Source of the DNA: Octopus vulgaris
Taxonomy: Eukaryota
DNA: 64,000 bases
Reading direction: 5' to 3'
Assembly (NCBI GenBank): GCA_951406725.2
Contig: CATOCA020000001.1
Coordinates: 1,116,001 to 1,180,000, forward strand
Each line of letters begins with the position of its first letter. The first letter of the stretch is position 1. Positions 12,743 to 26,266 of this stretch are shown in pieces. The notes beneath the pieces were generated by a model. It was not told the origin of the DNA and made no database searches. It saw nothing but the letters and a program-made list of their open reading frames with translations. Position numbers and translations under genes: made by a program.

Positions 12743-12872
12743 GAGGGACACAACAAACATTGTCTTATATTGTGGACGACTGACTACTCTAACATCCTTC
12801 CTAAAGAAATTGAAACGGCATAAGCAGCCATCACAATGGACAGTTTGACCAAATTGCCCCAGCTGTAGCTCA
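12743..12872 (-). CDS. Possible 130-nt exon (LRR-CT-like? ELQLGQFGQTVHCDGCLCRF...)
   Basis: Good acceptor ttttctatttgtacag, phase compatible with the LRR exon, same length and open frame in the paralog 49033-49162. Donor is weak (gtactt). Confidence 0.3.
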
Positions 12873-13304
12873 CTGTACAAATAGAAAATGACGACTACCA
12901 ACTTCAGCCCCTCTTGTAATTGTAGAGTTTAAAATAATTCATATCAATGAAGCAGAATCTCAAAAAAATTGAGAATGAATATATTTCTATACGTTCTTTT
13001 CTTTTCTTGAAGTGTATATAGATTTTTCAAACGGACTCTGCATAAATATGTATTTCATAATATACCCAGCTATAGACACGAATACAAACATACATATTCT
13101 CATTCAATCGTACACTCATACACAAAATATTAGATATCGATGCTGACGCATACAGACACCAACAGTTGCAGATACTTTCATACACACGAATATGGTAGCG
13201 GAATATGCGTTAGAGATAAAGAGAGAAAAAGAAAGATGAAAAGACATGGAATCCCTAGAAAAATTTCGTAAATAAAATAATATCAAAAAACTTAAGCAAC
13301 TTAC

Positions 13305-13376
13305 ATTTTCTGTAAACTTGGAAGATTTCGAAAGGATCCTTTTTGGATGGTTGTGATTATATTGTTACTGAGAGAT
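13305..13376 (-). CDS. LRR protein exon (72 nt, phase 2-2): SLSNNIITTIQKGSFRNLPSLQKI
   Basis: Acceptor gttttatgtttcag, donor gtaagt, exactly 72 nt. Matches the typical-class LRR xLxxNxIxxIxxgxFxxLxxLxxL. Confidence 0.85.
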
Positions 13377-13662
13377 CTGAAACATAAAACACAGTTCAAA
13401 AGAAAGAGTATTAAAAAGATTTCTGATAAAATATTAAATCTTGTATCTTTAGAATCATATTAATAAAAAGAGGACGGTGAAGGAGAAAATGGCCGAGATG
13501 ATGTTGATGATGATGATGAGGGGGAGGAGGATGGCGATGTTGATGGTAAATGTTGTAATAAGGACGGTGAGGAGGATTCGGGGGATAATGATGATGATGA
13601 TTATCGAGAACGACGAGAAAGGCTTCGATGAATTGGTGATGACGACGTTGATTTTGCGATGA

Positions 13663-16600
13663 TTTCTTTATTACCCACCAGGGGGCGACATAGAACATAC
13701 AACACAATGACGAATGATTTACAACAATAAATGCGTTTTGGGGTCAATTAAAATACATGGTGAATATCGAGTTCGAATGATGGGACAATTACAAGAACAA
13801 ATTTTTTTTTTTTTTACAAACTGAAGTGGGGCGGGTCTACGGACCCCTCGATCCCCGCCACGGCACTTAACCTTCTGTTTTTTTCTTTTTTACAACCTAT
13901 CTCGTATTTGCGAGGGACCTTTTACTCACCACATTTTTCCACCTTTCGTCAAAAACTTTCTTGCTCAGGCTCCTCCTCTCTAGTTCTATATGTCTTTTCA
14001 GGTGGAATTTAAAATATTCCACCAGACCTGAACCAGAGATGAAGTCGCCTGTTATTAACCCTTTCATCCTTGTCTTCCATACTGCCTGTTTCGCAGTTGC
14101 AACCACAGCGAGAAAACAAAACTTACCTTCTTTCGTTAAGAAATCTGGTGGGCTGATTTTTACAATAGATTCGGCTGATAGCTGTACTCTCCGTTCACCT
14201 GACATCAGTTGTTCGGCACAAACCCACATCCCTGCCACCTCCGAACACTGCATGATCGCGTGCGAGACGGTTTCCCGTTCTCGCCCACCCCTCGCACAGG
14301 TCGGGCTGACTTGGCAACCGTGCCTTGCAAGCTTGTCCCGAACAGGTAAGGCTCCTCGGTAGCACTGCCATGCCAAAGACTTCTGGAAATTATCCAGGGT
14401 CTTCGGCCCGAATGTACGTTGGAACAGACTGGCCAGCTGATTATCGTCGAAACCTAGGGTTTCCCCTAGCGTATCATCGTTACCGGCCTCTACAAACCCT
14501 CTATAAAACACAGCGGTAGAACCACTGCCGCAGGCATTGCCCGAGCGACGGAATAGTCGGAGTACCTTGCGACACTCCGTATACCACGTACCCAACTTTG
14601 ATCTGTGATTATACCAGCCCTCCCGGCCACCGAAACTGGTGAACCTGGGGAACATCTGTTTCGACAGCGGAGACCACACCCGTTCACTACCCAGATGGAG
14701 CCACAGGTGCCTTAGCCTCAGCGCATTTCTGCGCATCATTAGCCACGGCATCCCTAGTCCACACTGTAACGGTTTTTGACAACAGACAGAGCGTCTCACA
14801 AGCGGTTTCGACCCCTTCCACAAGAAGCGAAAGAGCTGTCTCTCCAACTTGCTCAACCACGAATCCGGGCAAGGCACGACGGCAAGGCGGTAGGTGATCA
14901 CCGATGCGATAAACACATTGGCTACCTCCGCCCTACCTTTCAAGGATAGCCACCGCCAAGACCAAGTCTTGGCTATTGCAGCCACCTTGCTCGATACCCC
15001 GCTCCAGTTCTTCTCTATTTGGAGGTCTGGACCGAACCAAACCCCGAGCAACTTAATCGGGCCCTCCGTCCAACGTCCCACGACGCTGTCTGGAGGCATC
15101 GACGTGCCTCTCCAGGTGCCGAGTTGCAAGCCGACCGACTTTTCACGATTAACCTTTCCTCCTGTCACCGTCTCGTACACCTCTATGGCCATGTCTACTT
15201 TACGTAGGTGGTCCACTTCAGTCACGATGATAGTGATGTCATCCGCGTACGCCGAAACCGACATATCACATTCTGGTTGCCTCGGGATGCCGCTCAGTTT
15301 TCGCAGCAGCGGCTCAAGAGCCACTACATACAAAAGCGGGGAGAGCGGACATCCCTGGCGGACCGAGAGCTTGACTTTGAACGGCTTAGAAAGAAAGCCG
15401 TTCACCTGAACTACCGAGTCGACGTTGTCATACATTTCGATGATCCACCTGAGGAAGCCAAGACCCAGGCCGAACTGAGCCAGAACAGGCACCAGGTAGT
15501 GATGGTCGACCCTATCGAAAGCTTTTGACTGGTCTAAATGGACCACTGCCCCTCTTTTGCCGGGATCATTATTTATTCCCTCTAACGTGTATCTAATAAG
15601 ATGGAGATTATCCTGAATGGCTCTGCCTGGTACGGTGCACGTTTGCGCTTTCCCAATCAGTCCATTCGCGACACGCGCCAATCTGTTCGATAACACTTTG
15701 GCCAAAATCTTCAGCTCTGCGTTCAGCAGAGTGATGGGCCTGAAATTATCTATTACGTCCCCCTTGCTCTGGTCCTTCCTGATTAGCGTCACCACTCCCC
15801 GGCGCACAGATCTGGGAATGAACCCATTCTCCTGCCAGTTTGCGTAGACGCCCGTCAGTAAGTCCCCGAACAACTCCGGCATACTTTTATAAAGCTCGTA
15901 GGGTAGACCATCCAGTCCCGGCGCCTTACCCGCACCGCAGTCCGCCATGGCCTCCATTACCTCCCCAAGTGTGATCGGCTCCTCACTACACTTCGCGTCC
16001 TGCAACGAGAGGCGCGGCAGCCCGTCGAGGAGGTCCGTAAGGCCCCTCCTCCTATCCGGTCCGCGGCTCCCCCCAAAATGCTGGGCGAAGTGATCCTGAA
16101 AAGCTTGACACATCTCCTCGGGCTCGTCTGTCAACTTACCCTGTTGGTTCGCCAGAGATCGAATTGTAGCATCATTGCCACGTGGGGCTTCAACCACTCG
16201 GGCCCATCCTGCAGCCTTGATTCCTTCGCTCCCCATTGTGCGTTGTCTAGCCCTGACAATGCAACCCATGTGATTGGCTTCAACGTGCTGGTTAAGAACC
16301 AGTCTCTTGACCTTCACCTGGTCTGCATTGCCAGTTCGCATTGCTTCCTCTAAGTCCTTAACTAGTGTATTCGCCTTCCTAGCCTCTCTAGCTACGAGAT
16401 TTGTACTCTACCTAATGGACTCGTATTTTATGGCTCGCTTGAGGGCATACCACCATTTGTTGTTAACAATGGAACCGGTCAAAGCCCTCTGGATCATTAA
16501 CCTGATCTTGTCCCCGTACTCCTTAATCGCCAAAAGGGACGTATAAAGTTTCCAGTAACCAGGACCTCTATTTATCTTATCTACGTCTAGCCTACAGGTG

Positions 16601-17625
16601 ACCATCTTGTGGTCACTGTAGCTGACCATGTGGAGTTGCGGACTCTTAACTAGGTTCTTATCTACCTTCCTAATTAATATCCTGTCTATGTATGACCTTA
16701 ACGATCCGTCGCTTGTTGACCACGTCCACAGTGGAGCGTCCGGACGTTCCAGTCTATATGGGTCTACCAGCTCAAAACGTCTTAGTAGACTCAGGAAGCA
16801 AGCATTTCCTTTTCTATTTCTGTCTGTTTGCGAGCCTTCACAGTCTACCCGCACATCGCAGATTGTGTTGAAGTCACCTAACATTACTACAGGGTACGAT
16901 GTACTCAGAAACTTTTCCAGATTCCGAAAATAATCACTTTTCCCGTTTCTGGCGGGTGCGTAAACCGCAACCAGCCTGATTGTCTTACGACTGCTGAACG
17001 TCAACTCAACGACGACCAGCCTACCTTCCGGATCTGCAAAAATCAACTTTTTATCAGAAACCCGGTTCTTTTTAACCAGGACCAACACCCCGCTTCCGCC
17101 GCTCGACGGGTTCGGAGAGATAATACTCTCGTAACCGTTGAACAGCGGGAGCAGATCTCTTGGCCCCTTTAACCGGGTTTCTGTGGCAACAACAACATCT
17201 AAATCCCGTGACCTGATGTCGTTTAGGAGGCGCCCTTGCCTCCAGCTCGTCATCAGGCCACGCACATTTATGCATCCTACACAAATACGAGACATTGCTT
17301 CCCTTTTGCCGTGTTTCTTATTTTCCTGTTGCACCTGTGGGGAAGTCCGCCTTAAACAGTGTCTCGTCTAAGTCGTGTCGCGGACCGACTATGTCCCCTG
17401 GGTATTGGCTCTTTAGAATGTTTGAGTTCATTACGTCTATTTTGAATACCTCTGTATTTTTTGATAATATCCGGTACGTCTCCATTCTTTCTGCGTTCGG
17501 TATTTTCATTAAGTCACTCATAAGACTGTCGTTTTTTTTGTTAATTGAGATGAAAACATCCTCTATAATTCTTTTTTGGGGGCTTGTTGTGGAGGATGGG
17601 GAGGCAAAGGAGGACTGAGGGGAGT
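13663..17625 (-). mobile_element. Tx1/L1-clade LINE, 5'-truncated within ORF1, near-intact ORF2
   Basis: APE endonuclease, RT and C-terminal knuckle. A-rich 3' region (poly-T on + at 13802-13815, aataaa near 13665). Confidence 0.93.
13897..17295 (-). pseudogene. Tx1 ORF2 (APE-RT) with a single in-frame stop at 16408-16410
   Basis: INVRGL, VAVYAP, LGDFN, IDRILI, SDH; APGLDGLP, FRPITLLN, DQSKAFD, RQGCPLSP, AYADD. The two ORFs are in frame (66 nt apart). Confidence 0.92.
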
Positions 17626-18214
<589 letters not shown>

Positions 18215-18215
<1 letters not shown>

Positions 18216-18628
18216 TACCAGGAGTGTAAATGTACAATTGCGAAAGAGTGAACTACACTTCAGAAGAAGGGATTATATAAGGCGTTACAATTTTTCCACA
18301 AGCAATGAAATAGCTGCACCGTGAAAATAGAGACATTCTTGTCTATCCATGGAATTCACTTGCGGAGTGAATCGCGTAGACATTGTGCCATCTAGTCTCA
18401 ATGAGTTATCCACTTCTATTCCCTCATGGAAAGTCCGGATGGCACTGTGGGATTCTACATGTGGCGAAACGCAGAACATCCGCTCGCAGACGACTCACGA
18501 TGTAATTTAGGGTTGCTGATTGCAGTACCTTGGGGACCATCAGGCCCAGCTGCTTGTAGAGCAGTACAATGGACTTATGGACTACCTGCAGAGAGGAGCT
18601 GATGAGAATGTTGAGCCAGGAGCTCAAA
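18215..18628 (+). mobile_element. Helitron Rep N-terminal fragment
   Basis: RRYNFSTSNEIAA, YPLL.PHGKSGW and QYLGDHQAQLLVEQYNGLMDYL. 18215-18328 matches 59598-59710. Confidence 0.75.
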
Positions 18629-19126
18629 ATGAATAACGTATAGTCTACTGACTAATTCGTCTTTTGTGCTAGGTCACTGGTAATAAGAATTTATTTTTAT
18701 TACCCTATTTACTATGTTATAAATGTTGCTCGATAAATTTGCTAGTAATTTTTTACCGGCATACCCTCTGTTCGCCGGGTATAGGTTGCGTCTGCGCACT
18801 GGTCTGAAAAGTTAGAGTATACATATCGCTAGATTTGTACGTGCTTCTAGCGATATGTACAGCTTGGTTTCTAAAGGCTTTCTGCTGACGAGTCTGGCCT
18901 TAGCAGATGAATTCTATTCATTTGCTAAAAAGAAGATGAAACTGCAGTACAGGATTAGCTGAGATGGTTAACGTTTTTGATTTTCATTCCATTTCATGAA
19001 TTTATCCCCCCCCCCTGTGTATTTAGTACTTGCTTCTTTATTTGGAAGCCTTTTAATGTACTTATATATGAATAACGTATAGTCTAATGACTAATTCGTC
19101 TTTTGTGCTAGGTCTCTGGTGATAAA

Positions 19127-19130
<4 letters not shown>
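18629..19130 (+). mobile_element. Retrozyme/PLE-derived non-coding element, 439-nt unit with ~60-nt direct terminal repeat
   Basis: 18629-18690 is repeated at 19068-19130. Contains an HHR and extra hairpins; abuts (TA)n. Confidence 0.7.
18880..18954 (+). ncRNA. Type I hammerhead ribozyme
   Basis: ttctg-CTGACGA-gtct[long hairpin]agat-GAAA-ctgcag-TA-cagga. Stems I/II pair and stem III is the palindrome ACTGCAGT. Confidence 0.8.
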
Positions 19131-19178
<48 letters not shown>

Positions 19179-19456
19179 TAAGAGGAGGGATATAATATCA
19201 AAGCACATAGCGAATGGCAAGGCTGGATCCTTCAGATGGTAGGTTTTACGCTAAAAGTCCTTTAGGTCCCAACCGATGTAACAGTTTATTTTTTGTTGAC
19301 GTAGATATACAGTCTAATAATGATAATAATGGGATTGAGTTTGTATATTCAAATTCTTAATTCTCTCTGTCTCTCTGTCTCTCTCACTCTTTCTTTATTT
19401 CATTCTTTCTTTCTTTCATTCTTTCTTTCTTTCTTTCTTTCTTTCTCTCTTTCGCT

Positions 19457-19499
<43 letters not shown>

Positions 19500-21419
19500 T
19501 TATAAATTGAAGATATACTCGTTAAAATGTTATTTGTTATAAACACTTATATATGTATATGTTAGGGTGTGTATGTGTGTGTATGTACATTTATATATAT
19601 TCAAATACATGCTCTCTCTCTCTGATCCACAGATCCGATTCACAGATCCTTGGTGATCCTACTAATGGGCAGAAAAGACACACGAAACGTAGAAAAAAAA
19701 CCTCTAAGAATAAACTATGTAAATGTCCCGCCCTCTGCTGAAGAAGTTGAAGGAGACTGTAACAAGGGTCCTGGAGACACTTCCTTTCAGATGAGATTTC
19801 AGCTTAGGTCTGTAGATTATTTTTCGAAAGCTGCGCCGTAAGAGGTTCCACAGTTTAATGTGCCCCTTGGTTATCCAAACGATAATCGATACGAGATTAT
19901 TTAGTATAACTGATTTTAGTATAAGTCATTTACGCAATTCGGTAGCTTAATAACACCTAAGTTTGCTAGGTCCGCAGACGTCAGCAGTAATACTGTTTGG
20001 AAACATGGTGGTTCTGTCCACTGACATGACACAGGTTCTTCATTCAAGCATCATGTCTATCTTACCGTTGGTGAATGAATGAGGTTCAAACGAAGACTAC
20101 GGCAGTCATATTGTTTCCTATGGCTTCATCTCTATGCGTAAAGTGAATGAAGTATGGGTGCTATGCCTTGCCAAAGTGCAATCCATGTTCGGTCCAGTGC
20201 AATGTGTTATCCATATTCACCATACCCAAACCCTAACCCTATATTTGGAGGTTGTTCGCCACTTTACCGCGTACAGTATACTCTCTCAAAGCACACACAT
20301 TCATAGCTGGACATAATTCGCTATGGAATACGAGTTCATAACATGCACCTTAATTTTACTAAGTGTTTTAGCTATCGAAGTAGTCGCGAGTTGACATTGA
20401 CATCCTTTCGTATTGCCCACCCTTGTATCTAACTATCACAACCAACTCTCGGTTGATACTTTATTTAAAGTTCAGTAGACTGATGCAACGTGCAATGAAA
20501 TGACTTGATCTAAGTAATAACGTCACTCATTTCAGGAATTGATCCCGGGATATTATGATCATCAGCTGAACTTCCAAAACAAGTATGCCATATAACTTCA
20601 TACATGCTCCACCACACAATCTTCTTGAGATACTCCGAGCAGAAATTGAAATCAAGTCCTCATATGCAACAACAAGCTATAGAAGAGTACCTCTCTATTA
20701 AATAATTTTGCTGAATTCAAATGTGGAATCTATTTTTTAGCATCAAGTCTAGATTTCAAGATACCCAAACCCTCAATTTTCACTATTTTCCTGATATTTC
20801 AGGGAAATATATTGGGAAATGTAGTACGAATGTCTATTATGGCTTATCGATTATTTTATTAAAGGTCTGGTGTAAAGATCGGGTAATGAAATAATGGCCG
20901 CAGCGAGCATTAGTCCCAGGGTATTTTAATGTGAATAAACAGATTTTAGTTCAGCCGGAGAAAATCATCCAACATCCACTTCTTATCAAGGCAGATTGCA
21001 ATTAAATACGATGCTGGGCTATTGAGGTTCAGCACTAAAGAAAACCATTCAAACACAAATTCATGAAAAAATAGACATGAACAATAATGTAAACTGTCTG
21101 TAGAAATTTAGAGATATTTGCTAGCTTTTCAGTAGAATTTCAAAATATCCTAGTTTTGAAGACAATGCAATTTCTATGTATATTAGTACGTTCTTCATAA
21201 GCTGGTTTATTCGAAAACAAATCAAAGACATTCTCTGGATCCAGTATTTTAAAATTCTCATGTGATCATATTAAATTGATGTCCGTTTCGGATTCTGTTC
21301 GTCTCCAGTTATTTCGTTCGCCTGACGATATTTCCAAAGTATTGTCTTGAATAAAGTTCAAATTGTTTATACACCAAGAATGGGGATTTATATTTTCCTA
21401 CCGTTGAAATCTGACAGGT

Positions 21420-22220
21420 TTCATATTTTCTTTCGAATAGGTGTTAAGCAGGCTTGAAACCGATTCACAGGATGATCAAGTCTAGAGGGAAGGAGAAAAG
21501 ATGGTATTCTTCAACTGAAGAATGTTTAAGAGAATATGGACTTCACTAACGGCACTCAAAGAAATAGATGGTGGTTTTGAACAGAGATGTGCTTTAAGAC
21601 TACCACTGAAATAGACCAGTAGAGACAGAGAAAGGATACAGCATAGCCGTGGACATGGTGTTGAAACACGGCCATTTGTAATGGGCTGAAGATTAGGCAA
21701 GTGTCCCTCACAATGTTACTTGAAAACGTAACCTTCGCTGGGCATTATTAGCAGTGAAGATCTTTCTTGGCGAAAGTAGATCCTTTGCATAGATAGTACG
21801 GTATCTTAAAGTCCAATCCTTCTCTTTGCAGCCAAAACTTCAGACCATTTACAATGCTCAAGTGAAGCACACAATGAAGAAATCTTTCTACATCTGGAAC
21901 GGTGATACACATCCGGGATTGCATCGAAATAAGGGTGACGTGGCTAAATTTTACTCTATCCCTAACAGACATAATCTAACAGCTATCTCGCAGGCAGGAT
22001 ATCTCTTCTCTTTGTTTTGCCACTGTCACTGTCATGCTACAGATTCTTGTTGGAGTTTGCTGAGCTCTTGACCCCACCAAGCAGGTACTACCGACTCACT
22101 CGTCTATTCCTTTGCTCCTCGATCTTAAACATCAGTCTGTTTTCAGTATGAACCACTGTGCTAAACACTTCAACCCATTCATCATTCCTGTAAATGTTGG
22201 CCTGTAGCAGCTTAAACGGA
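21420..22220 (-). mobile_element. Highly degenerate CR1/Jockey-like LINE 3' region
   Basis: Only faint peptide resemblance to LINE RT C-termini. Confidence 0.3.
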
Positions 22221-22547
22221 ACGTTCATGGTATCTATCTCAGATTTCATTCAATTCGCGCTTAAATTATGAAAGATGAAAATATCTAACTTATTAAACAG
22301 AACATTGACTTTGCCATTCCACATCTTCAGATTTACGAGGTTTAAAGAATAACATTAACAAAACATTGCTATTTGCTTTACATTAGGATTTCTCAAATGG
22401 TGAAAACGTTGTTGACAAATGGGACTGATCGAATGAATCGATCCACTTTAGTATTTGAATTTTTGATTAAAACTTGAAGTGATGCAAGCCATTTAATTGG
22501 AAATAATCGCCTAGAACATAAATTAGTTCTTATGATTTTCATGAGCA

Positions 22548-23323
22548 TCTAATAATAATTCGGCTTATTCCTCCGTCAGTAGGAATCAGCAGAATTCTTA
22601 TTAGATAATAATAGCGCATCTGTAACACTTTTACAAGATGAATTGAAGGGAAATGCGAAGAGCGAGAGAAAAGAGGGAGTAGAGGGAAAAAGCGGGTAAG
22701 GTGAAGAGCGAGAGAAAAACAGGCAGAGAGTAAAGGAGGGAGAGAAAAAGAGGGTAAGAGAAGCGTCTATGACGTGTGGTAGGGGGAACGTAATAGTTAT
22801 TACGTGGTTAAAAATGTTAGTTGAAGGTAGTGATATAGAGGAGAGTGAGAAACAGAATTGTAGCAGAGGATCGATGTTCTGATGGTGAGATTAAAGATAG
22901 GCAGAGAAAGAGAGAAAGAGAGAGAGATGATGATGATGATGAATGTGTTGGTGGTGTTAGTGGTGGTGGTGGTGTTTGTGTTGGTGAGTGTATGTGAAGA
23001 GTGTAATGTTTTTAATTGATATATTTTTTTAATACCACCTATTCCTTAAAGCATGCGCATAAGTGCAATCGTCTGCTCGCTTGAAAAATGTTATTTGTTT
23101 TAAACCAAAGATAAGAGACGAACAACAGAAAGAATGAAACCAAATGGGCAATGGCACCAAGAGAAGCAGAGGGTCTTATCCAGAAGGACTGAAGGTGTTT
23201 TAAAACGACAATTATGTAGAATATACAATTTATAAAGGAGCGCTAATTTTTATGTCTCCACATAAACTTACAACCATCTAAAAACTTTCGCATTTGCCGC
23301 GGAATTGCTACGGGTGCGGCTAG
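22548..23323 (+). mobile_element. Candidate non-autonomous Helitron containing a third copy of part of the duplicated block
   Basis: A|TCTAATAATAA start, GC-rich hairpin then CTAG|T at 23320-23324. 22700-23075 is homologous to 17760-18133 and 52600-52970. Confidence 0.45.
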
Positions 23324-23700
23324 TGTATTAAAGAATTACTCTGTTTATACTGCTCCATCTCTCCAGACGTGAAATCTTTTAAAACCATTAAAAATTACAT
23401 AAGTTTTCAGGTGAATCGAGACATATTCATCAGCAGAAACTTCACCTGAACTTGCATAATTTTTTAGCACTAAAAATTGATATGTGTTTATTGTTTGTGA
23501 TGGCGTAAATTTCACTTATGACATTCTATTACAAATACAATTTTCATAAGTTGCTCATACAACACTTTTTCGCATTCTTCATTTACGTATTTTAAGAATT
23601 TGACAGTTTGAGCGCATCTCTTTATTATCTGCACTTTAAACCGTCTGCATAACTTTTAATTGCATAAATAATTATTTCTTCTCTCTCTTTTTGTCTCTCT

Positions 23701-23750
<50 letters not shown>

Positions 23751-23753
<3 letters not shown>

Positions 23754-23917
23754 CGTAGGAATGGCTGTGTGGTAAGTAGCTTGCTTACGAACCACATGGT
23801 TCCGGGTTCAGTCCCACTGTGTGGCACCTTAGGCAAGTGTCTTCTGCTATAGCCTCGGGCCGCCCAAAGACTTGTGAGTAGATTTGGTAGACGGAAACAG
23901 AAAAAAGCCCGTCGTAT
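23751..23917 (+). mobile_element. tRNA SINE 5' half
   Basis: aggcgtaggaatggctgtgtggtaagtagcttgc..ggttccgggttcagtccc; same family as 8631. Confidence 0.9.
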
Positions 23918-23989
23918 AGAAGTATATATATCGATATAATGATAACGATATAATGATAACATTATTTTAGATAGCAGCACCAATAATAA

Positions 23990-25300
23990 TAATAATAATA
24001 ATGAAAGTAGGACTTTAGAACCAAATGAAAATGTAGGAATACCTATAAAGGATAATACTGTTTTAGATAATAATATTAACTACAATAATGATAGAGTTTT
24101 TTTAGATAATAACAATAATCAAAATCATGATAAATTTACCCGCTCTGCTTCGAGCAACAGTAATATAAGACTTCTATCCTCAAGGTATTCCACCTCTAAT
24201 TATAATGCCCCTAGATGTAACTGCAGAATTAAATCAAAATGCCCGGCCCCTGATTTATGCGGGTTAATTAACATAATCTATAAGTGCTCCGTAACCACAG
24301 ATAATAATAAGTTCTCTTATGTTGGATGCACTGTAAATTTTAAACAGAGATTGAATAACCATCTCTCATCTTTTAAATTACGTCATAAGGCTGATAGCAC
24401 TACTCTTTCTAGTAAAATTTGGGAACTAAAAAACAATAATATCAAATATAACCTTAATTGGGAATTAGTCAGAAGAGCAAAACCCTATAAAAATAGCAGA
24501 GTAGGCTGCCAACTTTGCTCCATGGAAGCATTTGAAATACTAATGTATAAAAATAATGGAGATATTCAATTCAACAGCAGAATTGAACTTGGAAAATCTT
24601 GTATACATGCTCGGTTTAAGACTCTTAAATATTTTAAATGATATTTTATATCATATCTCAATTGATAACTGTATACTGAAATCATTTTACATAAAATTCA
24701 TTTTGACTTACATATCACTCCTACATAGTATATTATATATTTAACTGGAAAGATAAGTTCTAACTAGCTATGATTATAATTTTTTCTCTCTCTGATGGTA
24801 CTATTAAATACTTATTGACTTAAATTATTTGATTTATTTCTATTGGACCATATTATTAATAAATTAAATCTTGCTCTATTTATATCTCCATTTCTTAGTC
24901 TATTTGTTATCCCTTTACAAATATTAGTTAGTTAATTCTCTTAATTTCTTTTAAATTTTTAAAAATTAATTCTGCTAATACCAGACCTATCGTAGTGTAT
25001 TGTGATGTGATATAATATATCAAAATAATATAATATAATATAGTGTAGTATATTATAGTTTAGTATAATAATAATATAATTGTTTAATTTCATTTAAAAA
25101 CATTATGTATGTATTATAGTTTAGTATATTAATAATATAATAGTTTAATTTCATTTTAAAACAACCCCATTTTTCTTTCCTTTCTAATGACCTCTTTGTA
25201 ACCTGACAATCTATTAATAGTAACATTTATAAATAAAGAAATAAATTGTTGACCTCAGTTCGAATTTGTTCCAAACAAACTTAGACTTTTTGTTAGTATC
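23990..25300 (+). mobile_element. Penelope-like element 3' part with GIY-YIG endonuclease
   Basis: CNCRIKSKCP..C..NIIYKC..SYVGCT.NFKQRLNNH..WELV..CQLC..E (~24215-24641). Degenerate HHR-like motif at 25200-25250. Confidence 0.85.
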
Positions 25301-26045
25301 AAATTGTGCCCATCCCCTTAGCTTCCCCTTTCCTTTCTCTTTGACAGCGTAAATAGCAGTAACTGATTAAATTCCTACCCCCTTCCTCCTCTTTCTGTGA
25401 TTCTTTGAAAATTTCATTAACAACCTGAACCACTACAATATAAGACTGTCATTTGTGCTTCTCATTCGGACTCCCTGATATTTTCGCATGATTGTACCCT
25501 AAATCTCTCCACAAAACTGGATTACGAACTATAAGGACATACACAAATTTTGTACGTTCAAGACTTTTTCATCGGATCTCAAAAAAATCGAACTTATCAG
25601 CGATTCTTGCAAATTTCAATAACAATCTGTTCCTCTACACGATATGACAGTCACTATGTTTTTACTCAGACTTTCCTATACATGATGTGGCAGTCACTTT
25701 GCCTCTTACTCGGATTTTCAGAAATTTTGCATGACTGTATCCGAAAATTTCTTCATACAACTTGATCAAATATTCAATATGAGCTATCTGTAGACATGCA
25801 TGAATTCTATAGGTTTAAAATCTTTCATCGGATCTCCATGAATCGAACTTTCTTCAATGCAGCTAATCTTACAACCTCTTTTGTATCTACCCCTTTTGAT
25901 GTTTGGGAATTCTCCGATATTTTTTCGGCTGACGAGTACGAGCCATCTGTATTCACTGCATTTTTTGTAGCTTATTAAAGATGTCCTCGTACGAAACGAT
26001 CGTACCGAGATTTTAATCCATTCTTGTTGCTTTTTCCTATTTTTT

Positions 26046-26104
<59 letters not shown>

Positions 26105-26110
<6 letters not shown>

Positions 26111-26266
26111 GTGTGTATATGTTTGTGTGTCTGTGTTTGTCTCCCCAACATCGCCTCACAACCAGTGCTGGTGTGTTACGTACACGTCACTTTGCGGTTC
26201 GGCAAAAGAAACCGATAGAATAAGTACTAGGCTTACAAAGAGTAAGTCCTGGGGTTGATTTGCTCG
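26105..26266 (+). mobile_element. tRNA SINE 3' half (interrupted)
   Basis: Matches 8810-8958. Confidence 0.85.

Larger units (their letters stand above)
12100..13665 (+). repeat. Duplicated block A, left part (mariner end + reverse SINE + unique sequence with LRR exon)
   Basis: Colinear with 44030-44522 plus 48830-49930. Confidence 0.9.

Noticed and set aside
13961-17618. Plus-strand ORFs over the Tx1 element
   Set aside because: Antisense shadows of the GC-richer ORF2.
20690-21400. Faint LRR-like peptides on the minus strand (NNLNFIQDNTL, ISLPDL..SISHNR, KIVKIEGL)
   Set aside because: They need several frameshifts and stops and have no clean exon boundaries. Could be a very old LRR pseudogene, but this is unsupported without tBLASTn.
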